Below the pieces are notes generated by a model. It made no database searches and had not been told where the DNA came from. It worked only from the letters and a program-made list of their open reading frames with translations. From contig CAWGED010000019.1 in the NCBI GenBank assembly GCA_963821525.1, positions 224,001 through 288,000 of the forward strand: a stretch of DNA of 64,000 bases. Reading direction: 5' to 3'. Both the position numbers and the translations under genes were made by a program. The stretch is from an uncultured Gemmatimonadales bacterium. Lineage in GTDB: Bacteria > Gemmatimonadota > Gemmatimonadetes > Gemmatimonadales > GWC2-71-9. Shown here one piece after another: positions 18,627 through 31,897 of the stretch (the stretch's first letter is position 1; the number at the start of each line of letters is the position of its first letter).

Positions 18627-19699
18627 CGCTCGCCAGCCGGAAAGAGGTGCAGCCCGCGCTCCGCGGGCTCGATGCCGACTACGGTGTCCGGTTGCGCGGC
18701 CTCGGGCAGTCCCTCGACCTCGATGGACCGTCCATCCGAAAGCTGCACGGTGTAATACGCCGTGGCGCCGGTGAACCGGCGTTCGACCACTCGGCCGGTT
18801 ACCGCTCCGTTGCCCGGAATGCCGAGACGGATTGCCTCCGGTCGGGCAATCAGGAGCGCCTTGGCTCCAGCCGGCAGGCTCGCGGCAAACGGAAGCCTCC
18901 AGGAGCCGTCGGCAACTCCGATCACCGTATGACTCGGGCTCTGCTCCATCACGGTGACCTCGAGCGCGCTGGACCGCCCCACGAACCTCGCCACGAAGGG
19001 ATTGGCCGGTTGGGAGTACAACTGATCGGGACTGCCCACCTGCTCCACTCGGCCAGCACTCAGCACCGCGACGATCTGTCCCAGGTCGAAGGCTTCGTCC
19101 TGCTCGTGGGTGACGATGACGGTGGTAATTCCCACCCGCTCGATGACACCGCGGATCTCCCGTCGGGTCCGCTCACGCAGGGTGGGATCCAGATTGGAGA
19201 GCGGTTCGTCGAGCAGGAGGACCCGAGGTTCCGGCGCGATCGCTCGCGCCAGGGCGACCCGTTGCTGTTGTCCACCGGAGAGCTCTCCCACCCGCCGCCG
19301 TTCGTATCCCTCCAGTTCCACCAGGCGGAGCGATTCCGCGATGCGACTCCGCAGTGCCTCGCCTTTGACACCGAGCGATTCCAGCCCGAAGGCAATGTTC
19401 TCGCCCACGTCGAGATGGGGGAAGAGCGCATAGTGCTGAAACACCATGCCGAAACGCCGAGCCGCGGGCGGAACCCGGGTGACATCTTCACCATCCACGA
19501 CGATGCGACCCGAGTCGGGCGTCTCGAACCCGGCCAGGAGCCGCAGTGTTGTCGTCTTCCCACTCCCACTCGGCCCGAGCAGCGCCAATACCTGGCCTCG
19601 ACTCAGCTCTATCGAGACGCCGTCCGCCGCGACGGTCTCGCCGAAGCGCTTGCTCACCCGATCGAGGACGAGATACGGAGGCTTCACTTCGGTGCTCAC
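18623..19699 (-). CDS. ABC ATP-binding protein, PotA/FbpC-like
   Basis: GPSGSGKT, LSGGQQQR, LLLDEP, TOBE tail. Likely GTG start overlaps the upstream stop (GTGA). Confidence 0.9.
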   Translation of the reverse strand: MSTEVKPPYLVLDRVSKRFGETVAADGVSIELSRGQVLALLGPSGSGKTTTLRLLAGFETPDSGRIVVDGEDVTRVPPAARRFGMVFQHYALFPHLDVGENIAFGLESLGVKGEALRSRIAESLRLVELEGYERRRVGELSGGQQQRVALARAIAPEPRVLLLDEPLSNLDPTLRERTRREIRGVIERVGITTVIVTHEQDEAFDLGQIVAVLSAGRVEQVGSPDQLYSQPANPFVARFVGRSSALEVTVMEQSPSHTVIGVADGSWRLPFAASLPAGAKALLIARPEAIRLGIPGNGAVTGRVVERRFTGATAYYTVQLSDGRSIEVEGLPEAAQPDTVVGIEPAERGLHLFPAGER

Positions 19700-20763
19700 G
19701 GTTTCCATCTCCCTGAGCCTCGCACGTGCTGATCCCAGTAGGTCATCCAATCGCCGCCTTTAGTGGCGAGCATCTCCCAGTCCATCGGCGCCACCTTCAT
19801 CTCCTGTTCGACATCGGCTACCCATTGGGGAACCGAATCGGCCGGGAGATCGAGTCGAGCGGGTAGCCGAAAGACCTTCCGCGCGGTCAGCAGTTGTCCC
19901 TCGATGCTGCCGACGAACTCGATGTACTCCTTCGCCGCTTCGGGGTGCTTGGCACCGCGCACCAGGGCCACCGCATCATCGATCACCACCGTCCCGCTCG
20001 AGGGAAAGGTGTAGCCGAACGGCATGCCCTTGGAGCGGCTGATCAGGATATCGGGGAGGTCCCACAAGGTCACCAGCCCCTCCTGCCGCGCGAGCTTCTC
20101 GTCGAGCAGTGCCGGATTCAACGCATAAGTTCGGGTTTGCGCGTCGAGCCGGCGCAGCCACGCCATCGCACGAGTGGTGTCGCCCGTCTCCCGGATGCTC
20201 CGCTCGATGATCAGCCCCCAGATCGCGCGCATGGTTCCACTCGCAACCGGATCGCGAATCAGCACTCGATCGTGCCAGCGCGGCGCCAGCACATCGTCCC
20301 AGTCCTTGGGTGCCTCGCTGGCCGACACCGCCGCGGAGTTGTAGGCGATGATGGCCGGCGTTCGGTAGACCGGGAAGTATTGATCTCCTCCGGTCTTCGG
20401 GACCGAGGATGCCCAGCTGGGACGATAGTCGGCCAGGAGTGAATCGGCTGCACCGCGCTGGAAGATGGTCGTGGGCCCGCCAAACCACACGTCGGCCTGG
20501 GGATTCACCTTCTCGAAGCGCAGGCGCTCGAGAATTTCCTGGCTGCCCAGGTCGAGCCAGCGGACGTCGATGTCGGGATGATGCGCTTCGAAAGCGTGCT
20601 CGATCAGAATGAGCTGGTCACGTCCGTGGGGCGAGTAGACGGTGAGCGGAACGCGATGGTCACGCCCACAATGGAGGAGGGCGCCCGACAAGAGAAGCGT
20701 GAGCAGTGAGCGGTGAGAGGTAAGCGGGCTGAATACCCACGCCTTACGGCGCACTGCCGCCAC
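19696..20763 (-). CDS. ABC substrate-binding lipoprotein, Fe3+/AfuA-like cluster
   Basis: Lipobox-like ALLHC, NPQADVWFGG, PKDWDDVL, DPVASGT. Exact start is uncertain. Confidence 0.85.
   Translation of the reverse strand: MAAVRRKAWVFSPLTSHRSLLTLLLSGALLHCGRDHRVPLTVYSPHGRDQLILIEHAFEAHHPDIDVRWLDLGSQEILERLRFEKVNPQADVWFGGPTTIFQRGAADSLLADYRPSWASSVPKTGGDQYFPVYRTPAIIAYNSAAVSASEAPKDWDDVLAPRWHDRVLIRDPVASGTMRAIWGLIIERSIRETGDTTRAMAWLRRLDAQTRTYALNPALLDEKLARQEGLVTLWDLPDILISRSKGMPFGYTFPSSGTVVIDDAVALVRGAKHPEAAKEYIEFVGSIEGQLLTARKVFRLPARLDLPADSVPQWVADVEQEMKVAPMDWEMLATKGGDWMTYWDQHVRGSGRWKP
20699..20726. repeat. Heptamer array inside the SBP signal-peptide coding region
   Basis: GTGAGCA GTGAGCG GTGAGAG GTAAGCG. 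Confidence 0.65.
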
Positions 20764-23512
20764 TCTTGGTTTCAGCCAGGGCCAGCAGATTGGCGAACAG
20801 CCTGAAGGCGCCGGGCACCCCGGCAGGAAGCTGTCGGAAGAAGCTCAGGCCGGTGTAGACGTAGGTCCCCGCACCCACCTTCGCGATCAGCAACCCGCCT
20901 TCGAGCGGCGGGTCTCCCGGATCATGCATCGACATGACCGAGTGATACTGGGGATCCCACGAGTGGGCGAAATAGAGGCCCCGTTCCTGGACCCACCCGG
21001 CCCAGTCACCCTGGCCGATGCGATTGGGACGAAGCAGGACGGGAGACACCGGCTGTACCGGAGTCACGTCGGCCGTTTCGTCCGTCACTCGGTCGTGGCC
21101 CCCGAGCAGCGCGGTTCCGCCGACCGAAGGAGATCCCCGCCGAGTCGTCGAGACTGTAGTAGTCCCCGGTGCGCGGCTTCCCACAGTGAGCGGATACGGA
21201 GCGTAGTCATTCAGGAAAAAGGCATACTGCTGGTACTGCACCAGGACGAGTCCGCCCTTTCGCGCAAAGGCGAGCAGGTTGTCGTTGTTCCCGGGCAGAT
21301 CGGGGTCGGTTTCATACGCCCTGGGACCGACGATGATCGCCCTGAAGCTGGAGAGATCGGTCCGGTCCAGCGCCTTGCCGTCGAGCAGCTCGACCTTGAG
21401 ACCGATGGTCTGCAACGCCTCGGGAACGCGATCCGCCGCGCCCCGGATGTATCCGATGCGCGCCACGTGCGGCAGCGTGAGGCTCGCCGAGTGGATCGTC
21501 GACTTGGCGTCCCGGTAGTAACTACGCGGCCTGATGTGGGAGTACGCGATCGTGAAACTTCCGCCGTCGTAGCGGTTGCCTGCCTCGTCCTGCGCAACTG
21601 CGAAGACCTCGTAGGAACCGGCGGTGAGCTTCTGAGGAGGCGGCAGTGTGAAGGTGAAGCTGGCCCGTTCGCCCTCCCGGCTGAAGTGAAACGGCTGCGC
21701 TGCGGGAGCGCTCCAGCCCTTCGGAACAGTCAGCGTCACCTTCCCTCGAGTCGAGTCGCGCGCGCCATGAGTCAGAGTCACGACGAACTTCCGGGCTCCG
21801 CTGCCGACCGGCCACAGTTCGGTCTCCGGCTGCAGCTTCACGTCAATTCGAGAAACAACGTTGACGGGAGAACGGATCTCGCCGCGGGCCTGATCGTTGG
21901 TGCGGTACACCACCTCCCGCGGCAGGTATCCGGTTCCGGAGCCCAGTGGGACCTGCGCCTCGACTTTGAATGGGGGATCCTCGAAGGGTAGACCCCAGCT
22001 GGAACGATTCGCCGGATCCCAGCGATAGAGATCGCCGTCCCGGGGCTCACGAAGGAAGTACGGTGTGGTCGGTTTCCACTGCTCGGGAACCTTCAGCCGG
22101 AGCCGCGCCGATGCGACGGTATTGGGCGCCAGCTGGCCGCCGCCTTTGCTCAGGGGTCTCCACCCCGAATCGCCCAGGCCGAGACAGGTGCCCCGGTGAA
22201 TCGCCATCGGGACCGGGACGCTGGTGGCCGAATCCACATCGAGCCGCCAACCCAGCGACGGAGACACGAAGCAGAGATCCACGGCCTGCGCCGTGGCGCC
22301 CGCGTTCCAGACCGATGCCATTGCTCTCAGCTCCTGGCCGGGAACGACGCTGGAATCGTCGCTGTAGGCATCGACCAGGAGGTTGGAACTCCGCGCGATC
22401 GCGTCGCCCAGCCGGCCCGCCTCGCCTTCGAAATCCTCTTCGGGACCGGTTTGCCGAATCAGCTTCGCCGCCTCCGACAGATCCGAGCGGGCGGAGATGA
22501 GCAGTGCTGGAACCTTGGCCGCCTCTGTGGGCGAAATCGCCGCCCGGGCCTCGGCGAGCTTCGCGTTGTAGCGCTGCACGGCGCGATCCAGATTCGCCCG
22601 ATCGGCGGGCTTGAGTGTCGCCGCGTCTGGGGTTCCGGCGAGCGTCGTGTCGATTCCCTCGAAGATCCCGCTGGTTCCCTTCCCGGTGCGGTCCTTGATC
22701 AACGCCAGCCGGATGACCGAGGGTCCGATGTGCTGCAGCTGACCCATGTCCTGCGACCGGTGCAGGCTGCGGCCCCGCATCGCGATCTGGTGGAATGATT
22801 GTCCAACGGCAGGATCCAGGGTGCCGCCCTGCAGCGTGATGGTTGTAGCCGCGGTATCGAACCGGGCACTGCGGTACAGTTTGAGCGGAGTCCAGGGAGC
22901 AAATCCCTCCTCCGTAAACAATTCGGGAAATCGAGTCGAGTCGCCCGCTATCTCGAACACTTCCGAAGCGGCCCAGCCAGCCGCCTGGTGCTGTCCATGC
23001 CCATCGCGGGGCGTGCCCGAGAAGATCGAAACGATGACCTGAGGACGGAACCGGCGGACGATCCGGACCACGTCCTTGAGCACGCTGTCCTTGGGCCAGT
23101 GGTCCCAGGTGTCGTCCAGCGACTTGGAGTATCCAAAATCGTAGGCCCGGGTGAAGAACTGTTGCGCGCCGTCGAGCTGTCGCGCCGCCAGTAGTTCCTC
23201 GCTCCTCAGCAATCCCAGCTCTTCCCCCAACTCCTCTCCGATCAGATTCTGTCCGCCTTCGCCACGATTGAGTGAGAGATACGCCGCGGCGGCTCCCGTA
23301 CCCCGGACGAGCACGGTCAGCAGTTCGGTGTCCTCGTCGTCCGGATGAGCGCCGATCAGAAGGACCCGTTTGTACTGACCCAGCAGGCGAAGCTGTTGTT
23401 CCAGCGCTGGCAAACCCCCGGTTGACGGGGGCTGGAGTTGAGCAACGAGGGGCTGATAGAGGGCCTGCGCGGCGAGGAAGAGGACTGCCGCGCGCAGGGG
23501 TCGCAGAAGCAC
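20744..23512 (-). CDS. Secreted PIG-L/LmbE-family deacetylase with Ig-like and C-terminal GATase-like domains
   Basis: Signal peptide, AHPDDE, RGEGGQN, DGHGQH, WVQERGLYF tail. Confidence 0.85.
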   Translation of the reverse strand: MLLRPLRAAVLFLAAQALYQPLVAQLQPPSTGGLPALEQQLRLLGQYKRVLLIGAHPDDEDTELLTVLVRGTGAAAAYLSLNRGEGGQNLIGEELGEELGLLRSEELLAARQLDGAQQFFTRAYDFGYSKSLDDTWDHWPKDSVLKDVVRIVRRFRPQVIVSIFSGTPRDGHGQHQAAGWAASEVFEIAGDSTRFPELFTEEGFAPWTPLKLYRSARFDTAATTITLQGGTLDPAVGQSFHQIAMRGRSLHRSQDMGQLQHIGPSVIRLALIKDRTGKGTSGIFEGIDTTLAGTPDAATLKPADRANLDRAVQRYNAKLAEARAAISPTEAAKVPALLISARSDLSEAAKLIRQTGPEEDFEGEAGRLGDAIARSSNLLVDAYSDDSSVVPGQELRAMASVWNAGATAQAVDLCFVSPSLGWRLDVDSATSVPVPMAIHRGTCLGLGDSGWRPLSKGGGQLAPNTVASARLRLKVPEQWKPTTPYFLREPRDGDLYRWDPANRSSWGLPFEDPPFKVEAQVPLGSGTGYLPREVVYRTNDQARGEIRSPVNVVSRIDVKLQPETELWPVGSGARKFVVTLTHGARDSTRGKVTLTVPKGWSAPAAQPFHFSREGERASFTFTLPPPQKLTAGSYEVFAVAQDEAGNRYDGGSFTIAYSHIRPRSYYRDAKSTIHSASLTLPHVARIGYIRGAADRVPEALQTIGLKVELLDGKALDRTDLSSFRAIIVGPRAYETDPDLPGNNDNLLAFARKGGLVLVQYQQYAFFLNDYAPYPLTVGSRAPGTTTVSTTRRGSPSVGGTALLGGHDRVTDETADVTPVQPVSPVLLRPNRIGQGDWAGWVQERGLYFAHSWDPQYHSVMSMHDPGDPPLEGGLLIAKVGAGTYVYTGLSFFRQLPAGVPGAFRLFANLLALAETKSGGSAP

Positions 23513-23588
23513 GAGGGCCGTCAGGTCGGGTTACAGCGCAAGGTAACGGGCCCCCGCGGGCGGAGAAAGGACGTTGCGACCTGTTCCG

Positions 23589-24080
23589 TCAGGCGCCGAG
23601 CGGCTCGCGCTTGAGCGCCCGGCTGAGTTCCGGGTAGCGCTTCCAGAGATAGACACCCATGACCGCCGTGGCGACCAGGTTGGCCCCGAGTACCCAGAGG
23701 AGGGGGAACATCCGGCTCACTTCGTCGGCCACCGTCTGCAGGACGACGTAGAACGCCACTTCGAAACAGGCGAAAAGAATGACGAGCGCAATCAGGCAGG
23801 CCGGCTCGCGCGCGGCAATCCGGACCAGCATGGTGACCAGAAACCCGAACGCGAGAAAGGCGAGGAAGTGGACGGCGGTGTAGAGGACGACCGCGGCGAA
23901 GTCGATGTTGGCCGTGTCCGGTGTCGAGGAGCCGAAGACCAGCACCTGCCCCAGCACACTGGGCGTAAGCAACGGCTTGCCGTGGAAGAGATCACGCAGC
24001 AGAAAGAGAACGGCGACTGCCGTGCCGCCGAGAAATCCGGTGTCGGTTGCTTCACCCCAGACCGAATGCCGGTGCACCAT
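23589..24080 (-). CDS. Hypothetical 4-TM membrane protein
   Basis: AGGAGG RBS before the ATG at 24080; hydrophobic helices. Confidence 0.7.
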   Translation of the reverse strand: MVHRHSVWGEATDTGFLGGTAVAVLFLLRDLFHGKPLLTPSVLGQVLVFGSSTPDTANIDFAAVVLYTAVHFLAFLAFGFLVTMLVRIAAREPACLIALVILFACFEVAFYVVLQTVADEVSRMFPLLWVLGANLVATAVMGVYLWKRYPELSRALKREPLGA

Positions 24081-24203
24081 CGGTCCCTCCTGACCAGCGA
24101 GAGGGCTGGATCCGGCGTCCGGTCGCCGGTCAGGAAAACCGGGCGCATTCATGAGATAGCCGCGTCCGGCGATGGGAGCAAGGGGCTGCAGGCGGGATGC
24201 CCG

Positions 24204-24471
24204 CTACTCGTTCTTCCGGCCGATCACGAAAGCAGAGACGAACATGACGAGAGCGGAGAACAACAGGAGGGAGGCGAAGATCTGAAGCGTGTTCTGGAGG
24301 AGGAGAATCATCCCCACGGAGACCAGGATGGTCCCGCGCTCCACGCAGGATCTCGTCCAGATTCTTCCAGTTGGTATGTCGCCCCCAGTTGAGCGCGGGA
24401 ATGAACCCGGCGATTCCCAGCGCCAGGATGGCCACCCAGATCCAGATCCAATACGTGCCGCCGAAGATCAC
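24204..24471 (-). CDS. Small membrane protein (frameshift near 24336)
   Basis: GTG start overlaps the DUF971 stop. Removing one base joins [12 protein letters not shown]...EILRGA to [13 protein letters not shown]...GRKNE*. Confidence 0.55.
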
Positions 24472-24812
24472 GCGGGCTCCCTGGTATGCCGGTGGGCGCT
24501 GCAGTTGGGACAGGGACACTGGGCCAGCAGACGCTCGAAGGTGTAGATCCCGGTGCCGTGACCGTCGCTCCACTGCACCTTGATGCCATAGGCGCCGACC
24601 AGGGCGACAGTCAGAGGACGGACCTCCGCCTCGATGGCGGCGGGATCCAGCAGCGGACGCCCGGTCATCTCCTCGATACAGGCGGCACACGGGCAGGCGA
24701 GGCGCAACGGCCGGGCCGGGAAGAATCCGACGTGGCCCGCGGTATCCCACTCGATGATGATCCCGTCATCGCGCCGGGTGATCGCGTGAGGGACTACAGT
24801 GGTTTTGGTCAT
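24468..24812 (-). CDS. DUF971 (GBBH-like N-terminal) metal-binding protein
   Basis: [29 protein letters not shown]. Confidence 0.85.
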   Translation of the reverse strand: MTKTTVVPHAITRRDDGIIIEWDTAGHVGFFPARPLRLACPCAACIEEMTGRPLLDPAAIEAEVRPLTVALVGAYGIKVQWSDGHGTGIYTFERLLAQCPCPNCSAHRHTREPA

Positions 24813-24871
24813 CGCCCTGCCGCGGTTTATACTTGGACCTACCAAACCCGCTACTCGGTCCCGTCAGGCTT

Positions 24872-27654
<2,783 letters not shown>

Positions 27655-27659
<5 letters not shown>

Positions 27660-27788
27660 GCCTAATGAGCGGGAACGGAGGTGAGCGGTGAACGTAGAAG
27701 CTCCGAAACGAAGAAGCCCTCCGAGAATCTCGGAGGGCTTCGACTATTACGAACTCCCGCTTACTGCTCACCGCTCACAGCTTACGGT
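27655..27788. repeat. Inverted heptamer arms (GTGAGCG / CGCTCAC) around a terminator-like hairpin
   Basis: Hairpin GAAGCCCTCCGAG-AAT-CTCGGAGGGCTTC at 27713-27741; right arm CGCTTAC TGCTCAC CGCTCAC AGCTTAC; lies between convergent genes. Confidence 0.85.
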
Positions 27789-28682
27789 TTAGGCTACCAG
27801 GTCCTTCAGCCGCTGTCCCTGGTCTCCCTCGCGGAGGCGAGTGAGGGCACGGTCCCGGAGCTGACGGATCCGCTCGCGGGTAACACCCATCATGCGGCCG
27901 ATCTCCTCGAGCGTCCGGCTGTTGCCATCGTCCAGCCCGAAGTAGAGCCGGAGAACCTTCGCGTCGCGCGGAGGCAGGGTCGCCAGAGCCTCCTCGATGT
28001 CATGAGTCTGGCTGTTGGCGATGGCCGAGCTGTCGGTGCCCTCCTGGTCGAGCGCGGTGAAGCGCTCGATCCGCTCGCTCGAATCTCCATCCCGGGTGGG
28101 ATGGTCGAGCCGCACTGCTTCGGTGTTGAGGGCGCCCAGACTGCGAACCGCCTCCACCGTGAGGCCCGTGGCGCGAGCCAGTTCCTCGGTGGTAGGCATC
28201 CGCCCCAGCCGGTCCTTGAGCAGGGTCGTAGTACGCCCCAGACGACTCAGGTCGGCGGTGCGGTTGAGCGGCACCCTGACCGGACGGCCATGGCGCGCAA
28301 TAGCGGCCTGGACCGCCTGGCGAATCCACCAGACAGCGTAGGAGATGAACTTGACCCCCCGGTCCGGATCGAACTTCCGGGCGGCGGTCATCAAGCCGAG
28401 GTTCCCCTCGCCGATCAGGTCGACCAGGGGGACGCCACGATTCTGGAACTTCTTCGCGACCGACACCACGAATCGAACGTTGTGGCGGGCCAGCTTCTCC
28501 TGCGCCGCGATGTTGCCCCGGAACGCCTTCCTTGCCAGGGCCATCTCTTCGTCCCGACTCAACAGGGGGACTCGGCTGATTTCATCCAGGTACAGATCGA
28601 GACTCTCACGCCCTTCGTCCACCGCCTTTGCGATCTGGGCGGGACGAACCTGACGCCGCTTCCGGCGTGGCTGAATCGTCAC
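27789..28682 (-). CDS. RpoD/RpoS-family sigma-70 factor lacking region 1.1
   Basis: LDLYLDEI, NVRFVVSVAKKF, DLIGEGNLGL, KFISYAVWWIRQ, TLEEIG...TRERIRQ. Confidence 0.92.
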   Translation of the reverse strand: MTIQPRRKRRQVRPAQIAKAVDEGRESLDLYLDEISRVPLLSRDEEMALARKAFRGNIAAQEKLARHNVRFVVSVAKKFQNRGVPLVDLIGEGNLGLMTAARKFDPDRGVKFISYAVWWIRQAVQAAIARHGRPVRVPLNRTADLSRLGRTTTLLKDRLGRMPTTEELARATGLTVEAVRSLGALNTEAVRLDHPTRDGDSSERIERFTALDQEGTDSSAIANSQTHDIEEALATLPPRDAKVLRLYFGLDDGNSRTLEEIGRMMGVTRERIRQLRDRALTRLREGDQGQRLKDLVA

Positions 28683-29007
28683 TTGACTCTCACCTCCTCA
28701 GGCCCTCTCTTGCCGCCCCGTCCGGGGAGGTGCCAAAAGAGGACGCCAAATATAAAGACATTTACCCCTAAAAATCAAAAAATCTCTATAAATCGTTGCA
28801 GTGAAGCAATTTACATTATTCGGGACCGGTAAGCTAGGAATTTACAAACCTTGAACAGTTACCGGGACCCTCATATGATCGCCTTTGCACCACTTTCCGT
28901 TGTCGTCAGGCGGCTCAGCAATGGACGCCCGCCCAATGGGGCATTGCACGTTCAAGATGCCTCAGGCCCGAAAACGTCGCAGTGCGCGACCCCACGAACC
29001 CTCCCGC

Positions 29008-29590
29008 ATGAATACGGACCCGGCCTACGAGCTGTTGCGTGAATTTGCCTCTCCGGTGGTCGCGATCACGTCGGCCTGGGGGGGCCGGACCAATGGGATG
29101 ATTTCCGACAGTGCGGTCCGGGCCTCCATTTCGCCCAAGGTTCCTCGGCTGGCGGTGCAGGTTCACAAATGGCACCTGAGCCATGAGTTCATCTGGCAAA
29201 GCGGCCTCTTCACGATCCACCTGCTACACCGCGGAGCAGTTCGACCTGGTGCACCGGCTGGGATTCGTGAGCGGTCGCGACAAGGACAAACTCGCCGAGG
29301 TCCCCCATCGTACCGGAGTCACCGGAGTTCCGGTCCTGGATGATTGCTATGCCGCCTTCGAGTGCCGGGTGATCAACACGATGGACGTGGGGTATGCCAC
29401 GAGCTTCCTGGGCGACGTGGTCCAAACAACGCGGGGCAAAGGCGAGGAGGTCATGACCGCCAGCTTCTTCCGCTCAGCGATGCCGGCGGCCTGGCGAGAC
29501 GAGTTCCTGGCGAACTACCAGATCGCGCAGGAGGTGATCGAGAGGGAGAGGGAGATTAAGGACGTGATTTGGAAAAGGCGTGAGCGGTAA
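29008..29590 (+). CDS. Flavin reductase-like FMN-binding protein (frameshift near 29230)
   Basis: PVVAITS...NGM, then GFVSGRDKDK, GVPVLDDCYAAFECRV. Confidence 0.75.
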
Positions 29591-29780
29591 GCGGTAAGCG
29601 GGAACTGCGTAAGACGTGAGACGTAGGACGTGAGACGTAAGACGTGAGACGTAAGACGTGAGACGTGAGAAGTGAGATGTAAGAAGGAGTTCCGATACGA
29701 CGAAGCCCTCCGTTGGCCACGGAGGGCTTCGGTGTATCGGAACTCCTTCTTACCTCTCACTTCTGACTGCTCACGCCTTT
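29574..29780. repeat. Heptamer array plus 97-nt near-perfect hairpin
   Basis: 11 CGT(A/G)AGA-type units at 29608-29684; stem-loop at 29668-29764; terminal 12-bp inverted repeat AAAGGCGTGAGC/GCTCACGCCTTT. Confidence 0.92.
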
Positions 29781-29781
29781 G

Positions 29782-30429
29782 TTACTGATGCTGCATCATA
29801 TCTCCCATGTCCACCGGCTTCTCGGTGATCGATGACTTGGCACCGGTGCCGTTGGCAACCAGAAGGATCTCGCCGGCCTTGTCGGGGAAGTTGCCCTTGA
29901 CCAGCCCGAACGCGACGTCCTTGGAGACCCACACTTCATTGCTGGACTTGGTGTCCTTGTAGTGCACGGTCTTGAAGGTGCCGGCCGGAACGGTGACGGA
30001 TTCGTCTCCCACCTTGGTCCAGCTGGCGCAGTCACGGAGCGCCGCTGCAGTGGGGCTGTCGGTCATGTGACTCCGCATCATGGAGAGCATCTGGTCCGAG
30101 GCCTTCATGGCGGGCTTCCCCTCTGTCTTCATCACCATGCCCTGAATGTTGCCCGGCTCATAGGGGAACGCGGGGACCAGGACCTGCAAGATGCCGCCAT
30201 TGCCATCCGGTCCTCCCCGCTGTCCCTGCATCTCGATCCAGTAGAGATCCTTCCCGTCTTTCTGCTCGGTGCCGATGGCCGCGAGCTTCAGCTTGCCTTC
30301 CTTCGACTGCCACTCCGACCAGCCGCCGATCGTCGGGTTCCGGGAGTATTCGGCACAGGAGTTCTGGGCCGCCGCCGGGGCGGCGGCGAGCGAAATGGCC
30401 AATCCAGCAAGAATGAGAGCGCGCTGCAT
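29782..30429 (-). CDS. Secreted hypothetical protein (DUF3108-like motif)
   Basis: Signal peptide MQRALILAGLAISLAAAPAAAQ; ESVTVPAGTF motif. Confidence 0.7.
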   Translation of the reverse strand: MQRALILAGLAISLAAAPAAAQNSCAEYSRNPTIGGWSEWQSKEGKLKLAAIGTEQKDGKDLYWIEMQGQRGGPDGNGGILQVLVPAFPYEPGNIQGMVMKTEGKPAMKASDQMLSMMRSHMTDSPTAAALRDCASWTKVGDESVTVPAGTFKTVHYKDTKSSNEVWVSKDVAFGLVKGNFPDKAGEILLVANGTGAKSSITEKPVDMGDMMQHQ

Positions 30430-30488
30430 GAGCTGATCTCCGGGTACACGGGCCTGGGATGCAAGAAACGACGGTCCCCAAAATCTAC

Positions 30489-31897
30489 TCAGTGCATCCC
30501 GCTCCCGCCTGACAACTGTTTCACCAGCTCCCCGATCACGTTCTTCGCGTCTCCGAACAGCATCCAGGTCCGGTCGGAGAAGTAGAGCTCGTTGTCGATC
30601 CCGGCGAAGCCGGGGTTCTTGCTGCGTTTGATGGCGAACACGGTGCGGGCCTTGTCGGCGTCGATGATCGGCATCCCATAGATCGGGCTGGTCTTGTCGG
30701 TCCGTGCCGCGGGATTCACCACATCGTTGGCCCCGACGACCAGCGCCACGTCGCACTGCGGCATGTCGGGGTTGATCTCATCCATCTCGACCAGGTCGGT
30801 ATACGGGATGTCCGCCTCGGCCAGCAGGACGTTCATGTGTCCCGGCATCCGGCCAGCCACGGGATGGATGGCGAACTTGACCGTGATGCCCCGCTTCTTG
30901 AGCTGATCGTAGAGTTCCCGTACCCTGTGCTGGGCCTGGGCCACTGCCATGCCGTAGCCCGGAATGACAACCACCAGGTTGGCCTGCTCCAGCACCTGCG
31001 CCGCTCCTTCGATGGTCTCCGCCTTGTAGACCTTGGCCTCGCCGTCAACTGCGCCTGCTGCACCTGGCCGAAGGCGCCGAACAGCACGTTGGCGAACGAG
31101 CGGTTCATCGCCTTGCACATGATGATCGCGAGGATGAGTCCGCTGGATCCGTCCAGCGCGCCTGCGGTGATCAGCAGCTTGTTGTCCAGGACGAAGCCCA
31201 TCGCGACGGCGGACAGTCCGGCGTAGGCATTCAGGATCGCGATCACAGTGGGCATGTCGGCCCCGCCGATCGGGATGATCAGCAGGATGCCGAAGAGCAG
31301 CGCCAGCGCGATGATCGCCGGAAAGAGTCGGGGAGCCCAGTCCGAGGCGGGATGCAGCACTAGCGCAATGCCCAGCCCAATCGCGATCACGAGCAGCGCC
31401 AGGTTGATGACGTTCTGGAACGGATACGTGACCGGCCGCTGCGGGACCCACTTCACTTCCTGGAGTTTCCCCGCCGCCATGAGACTGCCGGTGAAGGTGA
31501 GGTAACCCAGGATGATCTCGACGATGATCGCGACCATCCGGAAGGCGGTCAGGTTTTCGGGCCCTTCGGACAGCCAGAGGTAGTACTTCGCGGTTCCCAC
31601 GAGACCCGCGGCGAGACCGCCGAAGGCGTGCGACAGGGCGGTTCGCTGCGGGACGGCGGTGAGGGGAACCCGGGCCAACGGAATCCCGACCGCGAATCCA
31701 GCGATGATCGGGAAGATGACCCAGGCGTGGTTCACCACCTCGGGCTGGGCCCAGGTGACCGCGATCGCCACGACCATGGCGGCCACGCCGGCATACACGC
31801 CGTTCCGCGCCGTCGCGGGCGTGTTCATCCAATGCAGGGCGAAGATGAACAGGACGGTGGCGAGGATGTAAGCCAGCTGAACGACGGCCTGGCTCAT
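30489..31897 (-). CDS. pntB: NAD(P) transhydrogenase beta subunit (frameshift near 31045)
   Basis: PIGGADMP, KAMNRS, then PGYGMAVAQAQH, HPVAGRMPGHMNVLLAEA. Confidence 0.93.

Noticed and set aside
24486..24871. 1057-aa aconitase with a novel N-terminus (similar extensions at 49941, 50792, 59199)
   Set aside because: Artefacts of open frames and frameshifts; the authentic N-termini are recognisable downstream.
29608..29684. CRISPR array (also considered for 42327-42382 and 59075-59250)
   Set aside because: These are 7-nt tandem units without unique spacers, and no cas genes are present.
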